A model generated the notes under the pieces. The model did not search any database and was not told where the DNA came from. It was given only the letters and a program-made list of their open reading frames with translations. A stretch of DNA of 64,000 bases, taken from the NCBI GenBank assembly GCA_964367745.1, contig CAYIYK010000003.1, forward strand, positions 10,248 to 74,247, in the 5' to 3' direction. Within the stretch, counting starts at the first letter, position 1. Each line of letters opens with the position of its first letter. A program made the position numbers and the translations under genes. Source of the DNA: an uncultured Candidatus Saccharibacteria bacterium (GTDB lineage: Bacteria > Patescibacteriota > Minisyncoccia > Phycocordibacterales > PALSA-1337). Below are positions 11,139-20,724 of the stretch, one piece after another.

Positions 11139-12881
11139 ATGAAAGAGTTTCGCTTTAAAGGAAGTGAGAAACTTCTAGCTACTATTCATGCTTTTTCGGC
11201 CACAGAAAAGGTAGTTTTCACTTTTTTAACTATTGTTGCTTTGATCAGTTCACTTTCACTAGCTTGGAAAGTTAATTCTCTATTCCTTATACCTGTACCA
11301 GCTCATGGCGGTTCATTCTCTGAAGGCATGGTTGGATTACCACGATCTATAAACCCTGTTTTGGCTTTTACAGAAACCGACAAGAATCTTTCAAACCTTA
11401 TATATTCTGGTCTAATGAAATTCAATGGAAATGAAATAGTAAAGGATATCGCTGAATCATGTACAGTATCTGAAGATGGTTTGGTCTATGATTTTAAAAT
11501 TGGAGATAATGTGCGATTCCACGATGGAACTCAACTAACAACTGACGATATAGAATTTACAATACAAAAAATACAAGACAATGAAATAAAGAGTCCAAAA
11601 TATGTTGATTGGGCGAGTGTAATAGTTAAAAAGATCAGTCCTACTGAAATACAATTTATACTAAGACAACCTTATGCACCTTTTCTTTCAAATACAACTA
11701 TAGGTATCATTCCAAAGAATATTTGGAAAAATCAAAGTTCAGAACAATTTATTTTTAATCAAAAAAACCTTGAACCTATAGGTTCTGGACCATATAAAGT
11801 GAATAATATTGTAAAGGATAAGGCTGGCACTCCTACTCAGTATTCCCTTTCTTCATTTAATAAATATCACAGTGGAGAAGCATATATTTCAAATATAAAT
11901 ATATTCTTCTATCAAAACGAGGATATGGCTATTGATGCATTCAAATCTGGAACAATACAAAACTTCGCAGGAGTCTCGCCTCAGAAGTCATATGAAATAT
12001 CTTCATCTACACAAAGTGTAAATATAATACACAATCCACTTCCTAGAATTTTTGGAGTATTTTTTAATCAAAATAATTCACCAGTATTGGCGAATAAAGA
12101 AGTGAGACAAGCTTTGAATATGGTAGTAGATAAAGATGCAATCATCGAAAAAGCACTTTATGGATATGCGGTAAATATCGATAGTCCAATACCACTAGAC
12201 GATGCAAGTAGTACAATCAAAAAAGAAAAACTAGATGTAGATAAAAATATTCAACTAGCAAAAGATCTATTATCAAAATCTGGTTGGGCAATAAATGAAA
12301 ATGGAATTCTTGAAAAAAAGACAAAAACAGTAAAACAAACTCTTGAACTATCTATATCAACCGCCGATTCTACAGATTTGAAACTGATTGCAGAAATGAT
12401 AAAGAAAAGTTGGGAAGAACTAGGAGCGAAGGTAACGGTCAAGGTTTATGAATTCGGAGATCTATCACAAAACATCATAAAAACTAGAAAATATGATGCA
12501 TTACTTTTTGGTGAAATAATAAATAAAGACCTAGATTTGTATGCATTCTGGCATTCATCACAAAGGAATTCTCCAGGATTGAATGTATCAATGTATGTAA
12601 ATAGTAAAGCAGACAAAATACTAGAGGATGCAAGGACATCATTTGATGACAAAGCGAGAGATACCCTTTATAAATCTTTCGAAGAAATAATAAAAGATGA
12701 TGTACCAGCAATATTCCTTTATTCCCCAGAATATCTATACATGATGTCAAAAGAGATAAATGGATACGACATGAAAACAATATCAAGCCCATCAGACAGA
12801 TTCTCAAATATAGACAAATGGTATATCAAGACAGACAAGGTATGGGAGATATTCGTCAAAAATACAAAAACAAATAAATAA
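11139..12881 (+). CDS. ABC transporter substrate-binding protein, family 5 (peptide/nickel, OppA/DppA-like)
   Basis: 580 aa with an N-terminal anchor. The SBP_bac_5-like layout reads NPVLAFTETDKNLSNLIYSGLMKF...VRFHDGTQLTTDDIEFT. No adjacent permease or ATPase genes are present. Confidence 0.65.
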   Translation: MKEFRFKGSEKLLATIHAFSATEKVVFTFLTIVALISSLSLAWKVNSLFLIPVPAHGGSFSEGMVGLPRSINPVLAFTETDKNLSNLIYSGLMKFNGNEIVKDIAESCTVSEDGLVYDFKIGDNVRFHDGTQLTTDDIEFTIQKIQDNEIKSPKYVDWASVIVKKISPTEIQFILRQPYAPFLSNTTIGIIPKNIWKNQSSEQFIFNQKNLEPIGSGPYKVNNIVKDKAGTPTQYSLSSFNKYHSGEAYISNINIFFYQNEDMAIDAFKSGTIQNFAGVSPQKSYEISSSTQSVNIIHNPLPRIFGVFFNQNNSPVLANKEVRQALNMVVDKDAIIEKALYGYAVNIDSPIPLDDASSTIKKEKLDVDKNIQLAKDLLSKSGWAINENGILEKKTKTVKQTLELSISTADSTDLKLIAEMIKKSWEELGAKVTVKVYEFGDLSQNIIKTRKYDALLFGEIINKDLDLYAFWHSSQRNSPGLNVSMYVNSKADKILEDARTSFDDKARDTLYKSFEEIIKDDVPAIFLYSPEYLYMMSKEINGYDMKTISSPSDRFSNIDKWYIKTDKVWEIFVKNTKTNK

Positions 12882-12884
12882 TTA

Positions 12885-12975
12885 ATAAAATGGAAAACAC
12901 AAAAACAAATACAAACACAACAGCAAATACGAATGCGAACACAAATACAACTGCAAGTACAAACACGCATGCAGG
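12885..12975. repeat. Low-complexity ACAAA(T/C)/ACGAAT-type simple-sequence tract
   Basis: The sequence acaaaaacaaatacaaacacaacagcaaatacgaatgcgaacacaaatacaactgcaagtacaaacacg translates as a TNTN(T/A)N repeat at the 5' end of the RNase J ORF. Confidence 0.5.
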
Positions 12976-14791
12976 AACTGGTCATGCCAGAGGTTCACAT
13001 TCAGGTCATAGTCCTAGACGACCCGTATCTAGATCACATGGAATGAGACCAGCTCGTCCACCTGATGCTACACAAATGCATAAAAAAGTTGAGGACACTG
13101 TCCCGGCTTTGGCTCCAAACTCTATCCGTATAATTCCGCTTGGAGGTGTGGAGGAAATTGGTAAGAACATGACTATGGTTGAATATGGAAACGATATAAT
13201 CATTATCGATATAGGTTTCCAATTCAAAGATGAGAATACTCCTGGAATCGATTATATTCTTCCGAACACAAAGTATCTTGAAGAAAGAAAGGATAAAATA
13301 AGAGCTGTGATAATAACTCACGGTCACCTAGACCACATAGGTGGTATTCCTTATGTAATGCCAAGAATTGGTAATCCACCACTATATACAAGAATGCTTA
13401 CTTCAGTAATGGTGAAAAAGCGTCAAGAAGAATTTACTCATGTTCCACCTCTAGATATAAAAATAGTGGAAAAAGACGAAACAATATCATTGGGTGCTTT
13501 GAAAGTGAAATTCTTCGCTGTAACTCACACTATTCCAGATGCTATGGGAGTTGTTATACAAACTCCATTTGGTTCAGTAGTACACACCGGTGACCTAAAA
13601 CTAGATCACGTAGAAGGAATACCAACTGAAGCAGAAGAAGCTGAATACGATAGGGTTTTCAAGAATGAAAAAGTATTACTTCTAATGGCTGATTCTACAA
13701 ACGTAGAAAATCCTGGTTTCTCAATGCCAGAAAAAACAGTTCATAAAAATATTGAAGAAATAATCAAGAATACAAAAGGTAGATTGATCATTGCAACATT
13801 CGCTTCCCTACTAGAAAGAATGCTAAAGATTATAGAATTCTCAGAAAAATATGGAAAGAAAGTGGTTGTGGAAGGACGAAGTATGAAAACAAATATCGAG
13901 ATTTGTATGAATCTTGGTCTTTTGAAACCTAAAAAAGATACTTTGATCACAGTTGAAGAAATAGATAACTTCCCTCCTGAGAGAATCGTAGTTCTAGCAA
14001 CTGGGGCTCAAGGCGATGAATTCGCAGCGATGATGAGAATGTCTAATAAGACTCACAAATATATTAAGATAAATAAAAGAGATACTATTCTTCTTTCTTC
14101 ATCTATCGTTCCAGGGAATGAAAGAGCAGTTCAAAAACTAAAAGACAATCTTTCAAGACAAGGAGCTAGTATTATTCACTACAGAATTGCTGATGTTCAC
14201 TCTTCAGGACATGCAAACCATGATGAAACAGCTTGGATACATAAGAAAATAAATGCCAAGTTCTTCATACCAGTTCACGGTTATCACTATATGTTGAGAG
14301 TGCACGGTGAAATAGCAAAAGAAACAAATGGACTAACTGAAGATCAAATAGTAATCCCTGACAATGGTTCTATCATCGAGATACAAGATGGTGGTGCAAA
14401 GATAGTTAAAATAAAAGAAAAGGCACCATCTGGTATCGTTATGGTTGATGGATTCTCAGTTGGAGATATACAGGATGTTGTTATACGTGATAGACAAATG
14501 CTTGCTCAAGACGGAATCTTCATTGTCTTTGCAATTATAAATTCTCAAACAGGTAAACTAAAGAAATCACCGGATATTATATCTAGAGGATTCGTTTATC
14601 TAAGAGAATCACAAGAACTTCTACATCACACAAGAATAATAATCAAAAATACAATTGATGAATCTACAAAAGGAATGAATCCTATAAACATAGACTTCGT
14701 CAAAACAAGTATTAGTGATAATGTAAGTAAATTCCTACTTCAAAAGACTGCTAAAAGACCTATAGTTATCCCAGTATTACTGACTATTTAA
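12890..14791 (+). CDS. rnj: Ribonuclease J (metallo-beta-lactamase/beta-CASP RNase) with possible N-terminal low-complexity extension
   Basis: Motifs IIPLGGVEEIGKNM and HGHLDHIGGIPY (the HxHxDH zinc motif), plus beta-CASP and RNase J C-terminal regions. The true start may be the internal Met at about 13076 (MHKKVEDT...). The first roughly 60 aa are a TN-repeat, Arg/Ser/Pro-rich tract. Confidence 0.85.
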   Translation: MENTKTNTNTTANTNANTNTTASTNTHAGTGHARGSHSGHSPRRPVSRSHGMRPARPPDATQMHKKVEDTVPALAPNSIRIIPLGGVEEIGKNMTMVEYGNDIIIIDIGFQFKDENTPGIDYILPNTKYLEERKDKIRAVIITHGHLDHIGGIPYVMPRIGNPPLYTRMLTSVMVKKRQEEFTHVPPLDIKIVEKDETISLGALKVKFFAVTHTIPDAMGVVIQTPFGSVVHTGDLKLDHVEGIPTEAEEAEYDRVFKNEKVLLLMADSTNVENPGFSMPEKTVHKNIEEIIKNTKGRLIIATFASLLERMLKIIEFSEKYGKKVVVEGRSMKTNIEICMNLGLLKPKKDTLITVEEIDNFPPERIVVLATGAQGDEFAAMMRMSNKTHKYIKINKRDTILLSSSIVPGNERAVQKLKDNLSRQGASIIHYRIADVHSSGHANHDETAWIHKKINAKFFIPVHGYHYMLRVHGEIAKETNGLTEDQIVIPDNGSIIEIQDGGAKIVKIKEKAPSGIVMVDGFSVGDIQDVVIRDRQMLAQDGIFIVFAIINSQTGKLKKSPDIISRGFVYLRESQELLHHTRIIIKNTIDESTKGMNPINIDFVKTSISDNVSKFLLQKTAKRPIVIPVLLTI

Positions 14792-14793
14792 AC

Positions 14794-14815
14794 TTGATGT
14801 TATAATTAACATCAA
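14794..14815 (+). promoter_or_regulatory. Perfect 9 bp hairpin (ttgatgtta-taat-taacatcaa) overlapping the start codon of the MFS gene
   Basis: The inverted repeat spans 14794-14802 and 14807-14815. The A of the ATG at 14815 is its last paired base. No T-tract follows. Confidence 0.3.
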
Positions 14816-15987
14816 TGAAGCATCATCACAGTATAAAAAAAGCGAGTGCACTTTATAGTATAAGTGTAATCGCTTTTTTCCTTGCACTACATACAAGTAT
14901 TCCAACTTACTTTAACTCTAGCTTTCTATCAGGAATAACTGATGCAAAAACAGTGAGTATTGTATATTTGATAATATCTCTAACTACGATTGTGGGATTA
15001 TTATCTATGGATAGTGTTTTACATAGATTTGGTAATCTAAATACATCTATCGCTTTTATACTAGTTCAGATTTTTGTGTTCTACGGTTTGATAACATCAA
15101 CTTCCCCAAACACTTTGCTTTTCTTATTTATCATCGGTTCCAGTATGATTAGTTTAATTGGTTTTACTATCGATATTTTCCTCCAAAAAGGCACCGATTT
15201 AGGTCATACCGGAGGTATACGAGGTATGGTTATGACTGCGACAAATAGCGCATGGATACTTGGACCACTTCTTGGAGGTATGTTGGTTATTGGAAATAAT
15301 TATAAAGGAATATACATTGCTGGATTCGCTCTACTTTTCCCGCTTATATACTTGGTACATAGAAACTTCAAAGATTTTAAAGATTCACACTATGTTCAGG
15401 TCTCAGCCAGACAAACATTCCTAAAGATCCTTAGAGACAAAGACATCAGTAAGATCTTTATAATCAACATTGTATTGCAGACTTTTTATGCGTGGATGAT
15501 AGTCTATACCCCGATGTACCTTCATGAATATATAAAGTTTGATTGGAGTGAAATAAGTGTGATCTTTACTATAATGCTAATACCATTCGTACTTGTTCAA
15601 CTTCCTCTTGGTAAACTTGCTGATAAAAAGTGGGGTGAAAAAGAGTTGTTGGCAATCGGTTTTACAATCATTGGTATGACAACTGCGTCTTTAGTATTTT
15701 TTGATACAAAAAGCATTATGATTTGGTCTATCGCTCTTTTCTTAACACGTATTGGTGCGGCAACTGCAGAGATTATGATTGAGACTTATTTTTTCAAGAA
15801 AACTGATAAAAGAGATCCTGAAGTCTTGAGTATGTTTAGAATAACAAGACCATTGTCATATTTTATTGCGCCAATCATTACAACAGTCGGTCTTTCATAT
15901 ACAACTCAACCTTATTTATTTGTTATTTTAGGAGTTATCTGTCTATTGACCCTTTATCCTATTCTAAATATTAGAGATACGAACTAA
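14815..15987 (+). CDS. MFS transporter
   Basis: 390 aa with about 12 predicted TM helices and a two-halves MFS topology. Confidence 0.65.
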   Translation: MKHHHSIKKASALYSISVIAFFLALHTSIPTYFNSSFLSGITDAKTVSIVYLIISLTTIVGLLSMDSVLHRFGNLNTSIAFILVQIFVFYGLITSTSPNTLLFLFIIGSSMISLIGFTIDIFLQKGTDLGHTGGIRGMVMTATNSAWILGPLLGGMLVIGNNYKGIYIAGFALLFPLIYLVHRNFKDFKDSHYVQVSARQTFLKILRDKDISKIFIINIVLQTFYAWMIVYTPMYLHEYIKFDWSEISVIFTIMLIPFVLVQLPLGKLADKKWGEKELLAIGFTIIGMTTASLVFFDTKSIMIWSIALFLTRIGAATAEIMIETYFFKKTDKRDPEVLSMFRITRPLSYFIAPIITTVGLSYTTQPYLFVILGVICLLTLYPILNIRDTN

Positions 15988-16056
15988 TTTTTTTATCCTA
16001 TTTATTTTTTGCTTTCCCACCCAAACTCATATATAATTTCGCTACAAAATTATTAA

Positions 16057-17364
<1,308 letters not shown>

Positions 17365-17391
17365 TTATTTAAGATAAACAAAATAAAAAAT

Positions 17392-17426
17392 AACCTCCAG
17401 ATCTAGAATTTGGAGGTTATTTTTAT
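17392..17426 (+). terminator. Rho-independent terminator downstream of eno
   Basis: Stem aacctcca (17392-17399) pairs with tggaggtt (17411-17418) across an 11 nt loop and is followed by ATTTTTA. Confidence 0.7.
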
Positions 17427-17841
17427 GATTTCGACACAAACATTACATTTGTGTTGGCGCTGCAGGTGCTGGTGCAGCTGGCTTTGGTGTCTTTGCCATA
17501 TTATTCAAGTCACAGGTTGATTAGCTCCTGTGTGTACAAATTATACCGTCGTTTCAAGTCACTTGACCTTTCCCTCATTTAGTTGACATTGAGTCAAAAC
17601 GTTGGGTAAAAAAGCTATATAAAATGGTACTTTTTAGGTGTGGTGTAATGATTGGTGATATTAGAACATTTAGATCAAGTTTTGGCTATATATATTAAAC
17701 TGGATATGCCATAATCTTCAAAAACTTGACAAGATTATCATGGTATGCTAAGCTGTTTGTTAGAAGATAGCTTTACACGTTGGGGGCTACTTTCGTCCAC
17801 AAGGACTATCCAACGGTGAGGAGTGAGAGAATCCAATAAAC

Positions 17842-17880
17842 AACCGGCGCTAATTTCTCTCTGGGCGCCGGTTTTTTCTT
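17842..17880. terminator. Strong GC-rich hairpin terminator (aaccggcgc...gcgccggtt + TTTTTTCTT), possibly bidirectional
   Basis: A 9 bp perfect stem with a 14 nt loop is followed by T6 on the plus strand. It sits 17 bp downstream of the gpmA stop on the minus strand and about 480 bp downstream of eno on the plus strand. Confidence 0.6.
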
Positions 17881-17896
17881 GCCTAAATCTTAAACA

Positions 17897-18610
17897 TTAT
17901 AACGCCTGCTCTACCCCACCCTCCATCAAATAATATCTCTTCAAAGGTTTTAGATTCTCATCTAGCTCATAGACTATCGGAACTGCATTCTTTATCTCAA
18001 TTCCAACTATCTCATCATCACTTACGTTATCTATATGCTTCACCATTGCTCTTATACTATTGTTACTTGCAGAAATTAGAACTCTTTTACCACTCTTTAT
18101 AGCTGGCACGATCTCTGATTCCCAATATGGCATTACTCTCTTGATAGTATCTTCTAGTGATTCACCTAGCGGCAATTCACTTTCTGACAGATCAGCATAC
18201 ATTGGATCATGTCCTGGATATCTAGGATCATCTTTTGTTAATTGAAGTGGCTTGTCACTAAAACTTCTTCTCCATTTGTGTACTTGTTCTGGTGAATACT
18301 TTGCACCAATATCAGCATGCTTTTGTCCCTGCAAAGCTCCATAATGTCTTTCATTTAATCTCCAAGAGTATTTTATTGGTAAATCATTTATACCAATTTC
18401 ATTTACTACAGTATTTAAAGTATCTTTTGCTCTTTTAAGAACTGAACAAAAGGCCAAATCAAAACCGAAACCTGCATTTTTTAGATTTTTACCTGCAACT
18501 TTGGCTTCCTCAACTCCCTTCTCTGTTAGATCAACGTCTGTCCAACCACAAAACATCTTTTCAATATTATAAACTGTCTGTCCGTGTCTTATTATTACTA
18601 ATTTATACAT
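17897..18610 (-). CDS. gpmA: 2,3-bisphosphoglycerate-dependent phosphoglycerate mutase
   Basis: 237 aa starting MYKLVIIRHGQTVYNIEKMFCGWTDVDLTEKG. It contains the RHG catalytic His motif of the dPGM family. Confidence 0.9.
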   Translation of the reverse strand: MYKLVIIRHGQTVYNIEKMFCGWTDVDLTEKGVEEAKVAGKNLKNAGFGFDLAFCSVLKRAKDTLNTVVNEIGINDLPIKYSWRLNERHYGALQGQKHADIGAKYSPEQVHKWRRSFSDKPLQLTKDDPRYPGHDPMYADLSESELPLGESLEDTIKRVMPYWESEIVPAIKSGKRVLISASNNSIRAMVKHIDNVSDDEIVGIEIKNAVPIVYELDENLKPLKRYYLMEGGVEQAL

Positions 18611-18641
18611 AGACCGATATTATACAGTAAACGATATTTTA

Positions 18642-19925
18642 TTAAAAGTTATTTTTATCTTCAGCTTTTTTAAACAAAGCTAGTACGATACTTACATATT
18701 TTACAAGGAGGATAATAGAGGTTACCCAGAATAAACCAAAACCTATACCCGCAAGGACGTCCGATAACCAATGCACGCCGAGATATACCCTACTGAATGC
18801 AGTAAGAATTATAGACAATACACACAGTACAACCAATATTTCTCTAACTATCATTGATTTTACTTTTACAATAAAGAAATATATAAGGAGGGTGAAGAAA
18901 ATCGTTGATGCAACAGCATGTCCACTTGGGAAGCTATATCCTTTTACTAGAATAAAAGCATTCTCAGGTCTAATCCTTGTAACTATGTTTTTTATTATAA
19001 AAGTGAATACATAACCACCACCTAGTGAGAATATTGATATTAAAGAATAATAATAATTCTTTTTATGAATCAAATAAGCAATCAATACCAAACTAATTCC
19101 AGTAATAAGTGTTGGACTAAATATATTCGTAAATATAAGCATAAAATCTCTCAACACTTCAGATGAATGGATAAAGAAGAAATTGTTTACAAAAACATCT
19201 AGTTCAAGCAGAAAAACTTTATCTGTAATTGCATCTTGTAGTGTTTTAAAGAATAAATAAAGTCCAAACAGATTGAAACCTAGAGTAATTAGTTCGTATT
19301 TTGCGAATATATGGAATTGTTTATTTATAAATCTATAACCCCACACTATCAATATACCAATCAAGACTGCTATGAAAATATACTTACCCAATACCTTTGA
19401 CATTATGTGATAGCTAGCACCAAAAACATAACCTAGTAGGACTGATGTAATTGACCAGATAAAAACACCAATAAAATCCCAAATCCAGAATATTTTTGTA
19501 TGTATTCCACTCGCGCCGAGCATAAATGGTGTAAGTGTTCTTGTAATAGGGTTATACTTTCCGAAAATTATTGCTTTTGCTTTATGTTCCTTTACAAGTT
19601 TTAAGATTTTATCTAGATATTCCTTCTTAACAAAAAAATATGGACCTAATTTCTCTAGAAGAGATATACCGTACTTTTTTCCCAAAATAAAACCAATAAT
19701 ATCTCCTAGTAAAGCCCCAATACTTACTACAGGTATGACCACAAACAAATTTAATATACCTAATTTTGATAAGAAACCTGAAATAATTACAATAGTGTGT
19801 CCTGGAACGAATTGTCCAATTATTGGTATACCTTCTACAATGGTTATTAAGAAAAGAAGTAGGTAACCACCGTTTTCAACTATAGTCTGTAAGTTACTAG
19901 ATACTGAGTGAAGAAAATTATACAT
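18642..19925 (-). CDS. Fusion membrane protein: DedA/SNARE-associated (VTT) domain + PAP2 (type 2 phosphatidic-acid/undecaprenyl-PP phosphatase) domain
   Basis: The N-terminal half is DedA-like (FLITIVEGIPIIGQFVPGHTIVIISG). The C-terminal half carries the PAP2 motifs KxxxxxxRP (KNIVTRIRPENAF), PSGH (SFPSGHAVAS) and SRxxxxxHxxxD (SRVYLGVHWLSDV). Confidence 0.7.
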   Translation of the reverse strand: MYNFLHSVSSNLQTIVENGGYLLLFLITIVEGIPIIGQFVPGHTIVIISGFLSKLGILNLFVVIPVVSIGALLGDIIGFILGKKYGISLLEKLGPYFFVKKEYLDKILKLVKEHKAKAIIFGKYNPITRTLTPFMLGASGIHTKIFWIWDFIGVFIWSITSVLLGYVFGASYHIMSKVLGKYIFIAVLIGILIVWGYRFINKQFHIFAKYELITLGFNLFGLYLFFKTLQDAITDKVFLLELDVFVNNFFFIHSSEVLRDFMLIFTNIFSPTLITGISLVLIAYLIHKKNYYYSLISIFSLGGGYVFTFIIKNIVTRIRPENAFILVKGYSFPSGHAVASTIFFTLLIYFFIVKVKSMIVREILVVLCVLSIILTAFSRVYLGVHWLSDVLAGIGFGLFWVTSIILLVKYVSIVLALFKKAEDKNNF

Positions 19926-20055
19926 AGATTAGGTATTTAATAATTATAACACAAACGAGATAAATTCCTGATAAAATTTTTATAATAGATTTCCACAAAT
20001 AAATTTGATTTAGAGCCATAATTATTCAATAATCAAATCATAAAAATACAATATT

Positions 20056-20724
20056 ATGAAAATCCTGATTATTGAAGACGATGTAGATATTTCCAGTTTC
20101 ATAAAGGACAATCTTACAGAGAGTACATATTCAGTTGAAGTCGCAAAGGATGGACCTGATGGATCATTTCTGGCCAGAACAAATTATCACGATGTTATCA
20201 TAATGGATTATTCACTTCCTTCAAAAGACGGAGTTTTGGTTTGTGAAGAGATAAGATCATCAGGTGTTGAAACACCCATAATATTCCTAACCGTACATAC
20301 AGACGTCAAAAAGAAGGTTAAAGCATTAGAAAAAGGTGCGGATGACTATATGACTAAACCTTTCTCTATCGAAGAGTTAAAAGCGAGGATACAAGCTCTA
20401 GTGCGTAGACCTAGGAAAATCGAAAGTCCTGTACTGATAGTTGGAGACCTAGTTTTGGATACACACAAAAGAACAGTTAGAAGAGGTGAAACACCTATTT
20501 ATCTAACTAGAAAGACTTATGATCTATTGGAATATCTTATGAGGAATAAAGGTATAGTGCTTTCAAGGGGATCTATAATGGAATATGTATGGAACTCAGA
20601 TAGTGATCCATTCTCAAATACCATAGAAGCACATATCCTAAACCTCAGAAAGAAAATCAATGTTAGAGGTAAAAAGGATATACTAAAGAATATTCCAGGT
20701 AGAGGTTATATTATGGGGTCCTAA
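20056..20724 (+). CDS. OmpR-family two-component response regulator (REC + winged-helix); no adjacent histidine kinase
   Basis: 222 aa. The N-terminal receiver MKILIIEDDVDI has the acceptor Asp in VIIMDYSLP. The C-terminal trans_reg_C-like wHTH ends ...GRGYIMGS. Confidence 0.85.
   Translation: MKILIIEDDVDISSFIKDNLTESTYSVEVAKDGPDGSFLARTNYHDVIIMDYSLPSKDGVLVCEEIRSSGVETPIIFLTVHTDVKKKVKALEKGADDYMTKPFSIEELKARIQALVRRPRKIESPVLIVGDLVLDTHKRTVRRGETPIYLTRKTYDLLEYLMRNKGIVLSRGSIMEYVWNSDSDPFSNTIEAHILNLRKKINVRGKKDILKNIPGRGYIMGS

Noticed and set aside
12719-12985. 88 aa Cys-rich ORF (MTSSCMRVCTCSCICVRIRICCC...) on the minus strand
   Set aside because: It is the antisense translation of the ACAAA-type simple repeat at the rnj 5' end, not a real metal-binding peptide.
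17420-17560. Possible tmRNA 5' end (GATTTCGACAC resembles GGAUUCGACGG) and a 31 aa Cys/Trp-rich mini-ORF (MISTQTLHLCWRCRCWCSW...) with an upstream GGAGG
   Set aside because: No matching 3' acceptor/T-arm (AACCTCC...CCA, GGTTCGAATCC-like) is found within 300-400 nt. The GGAGG is part of the eno terminator stem. The mini-ORF has implausible composition. Both are likely coincidental.
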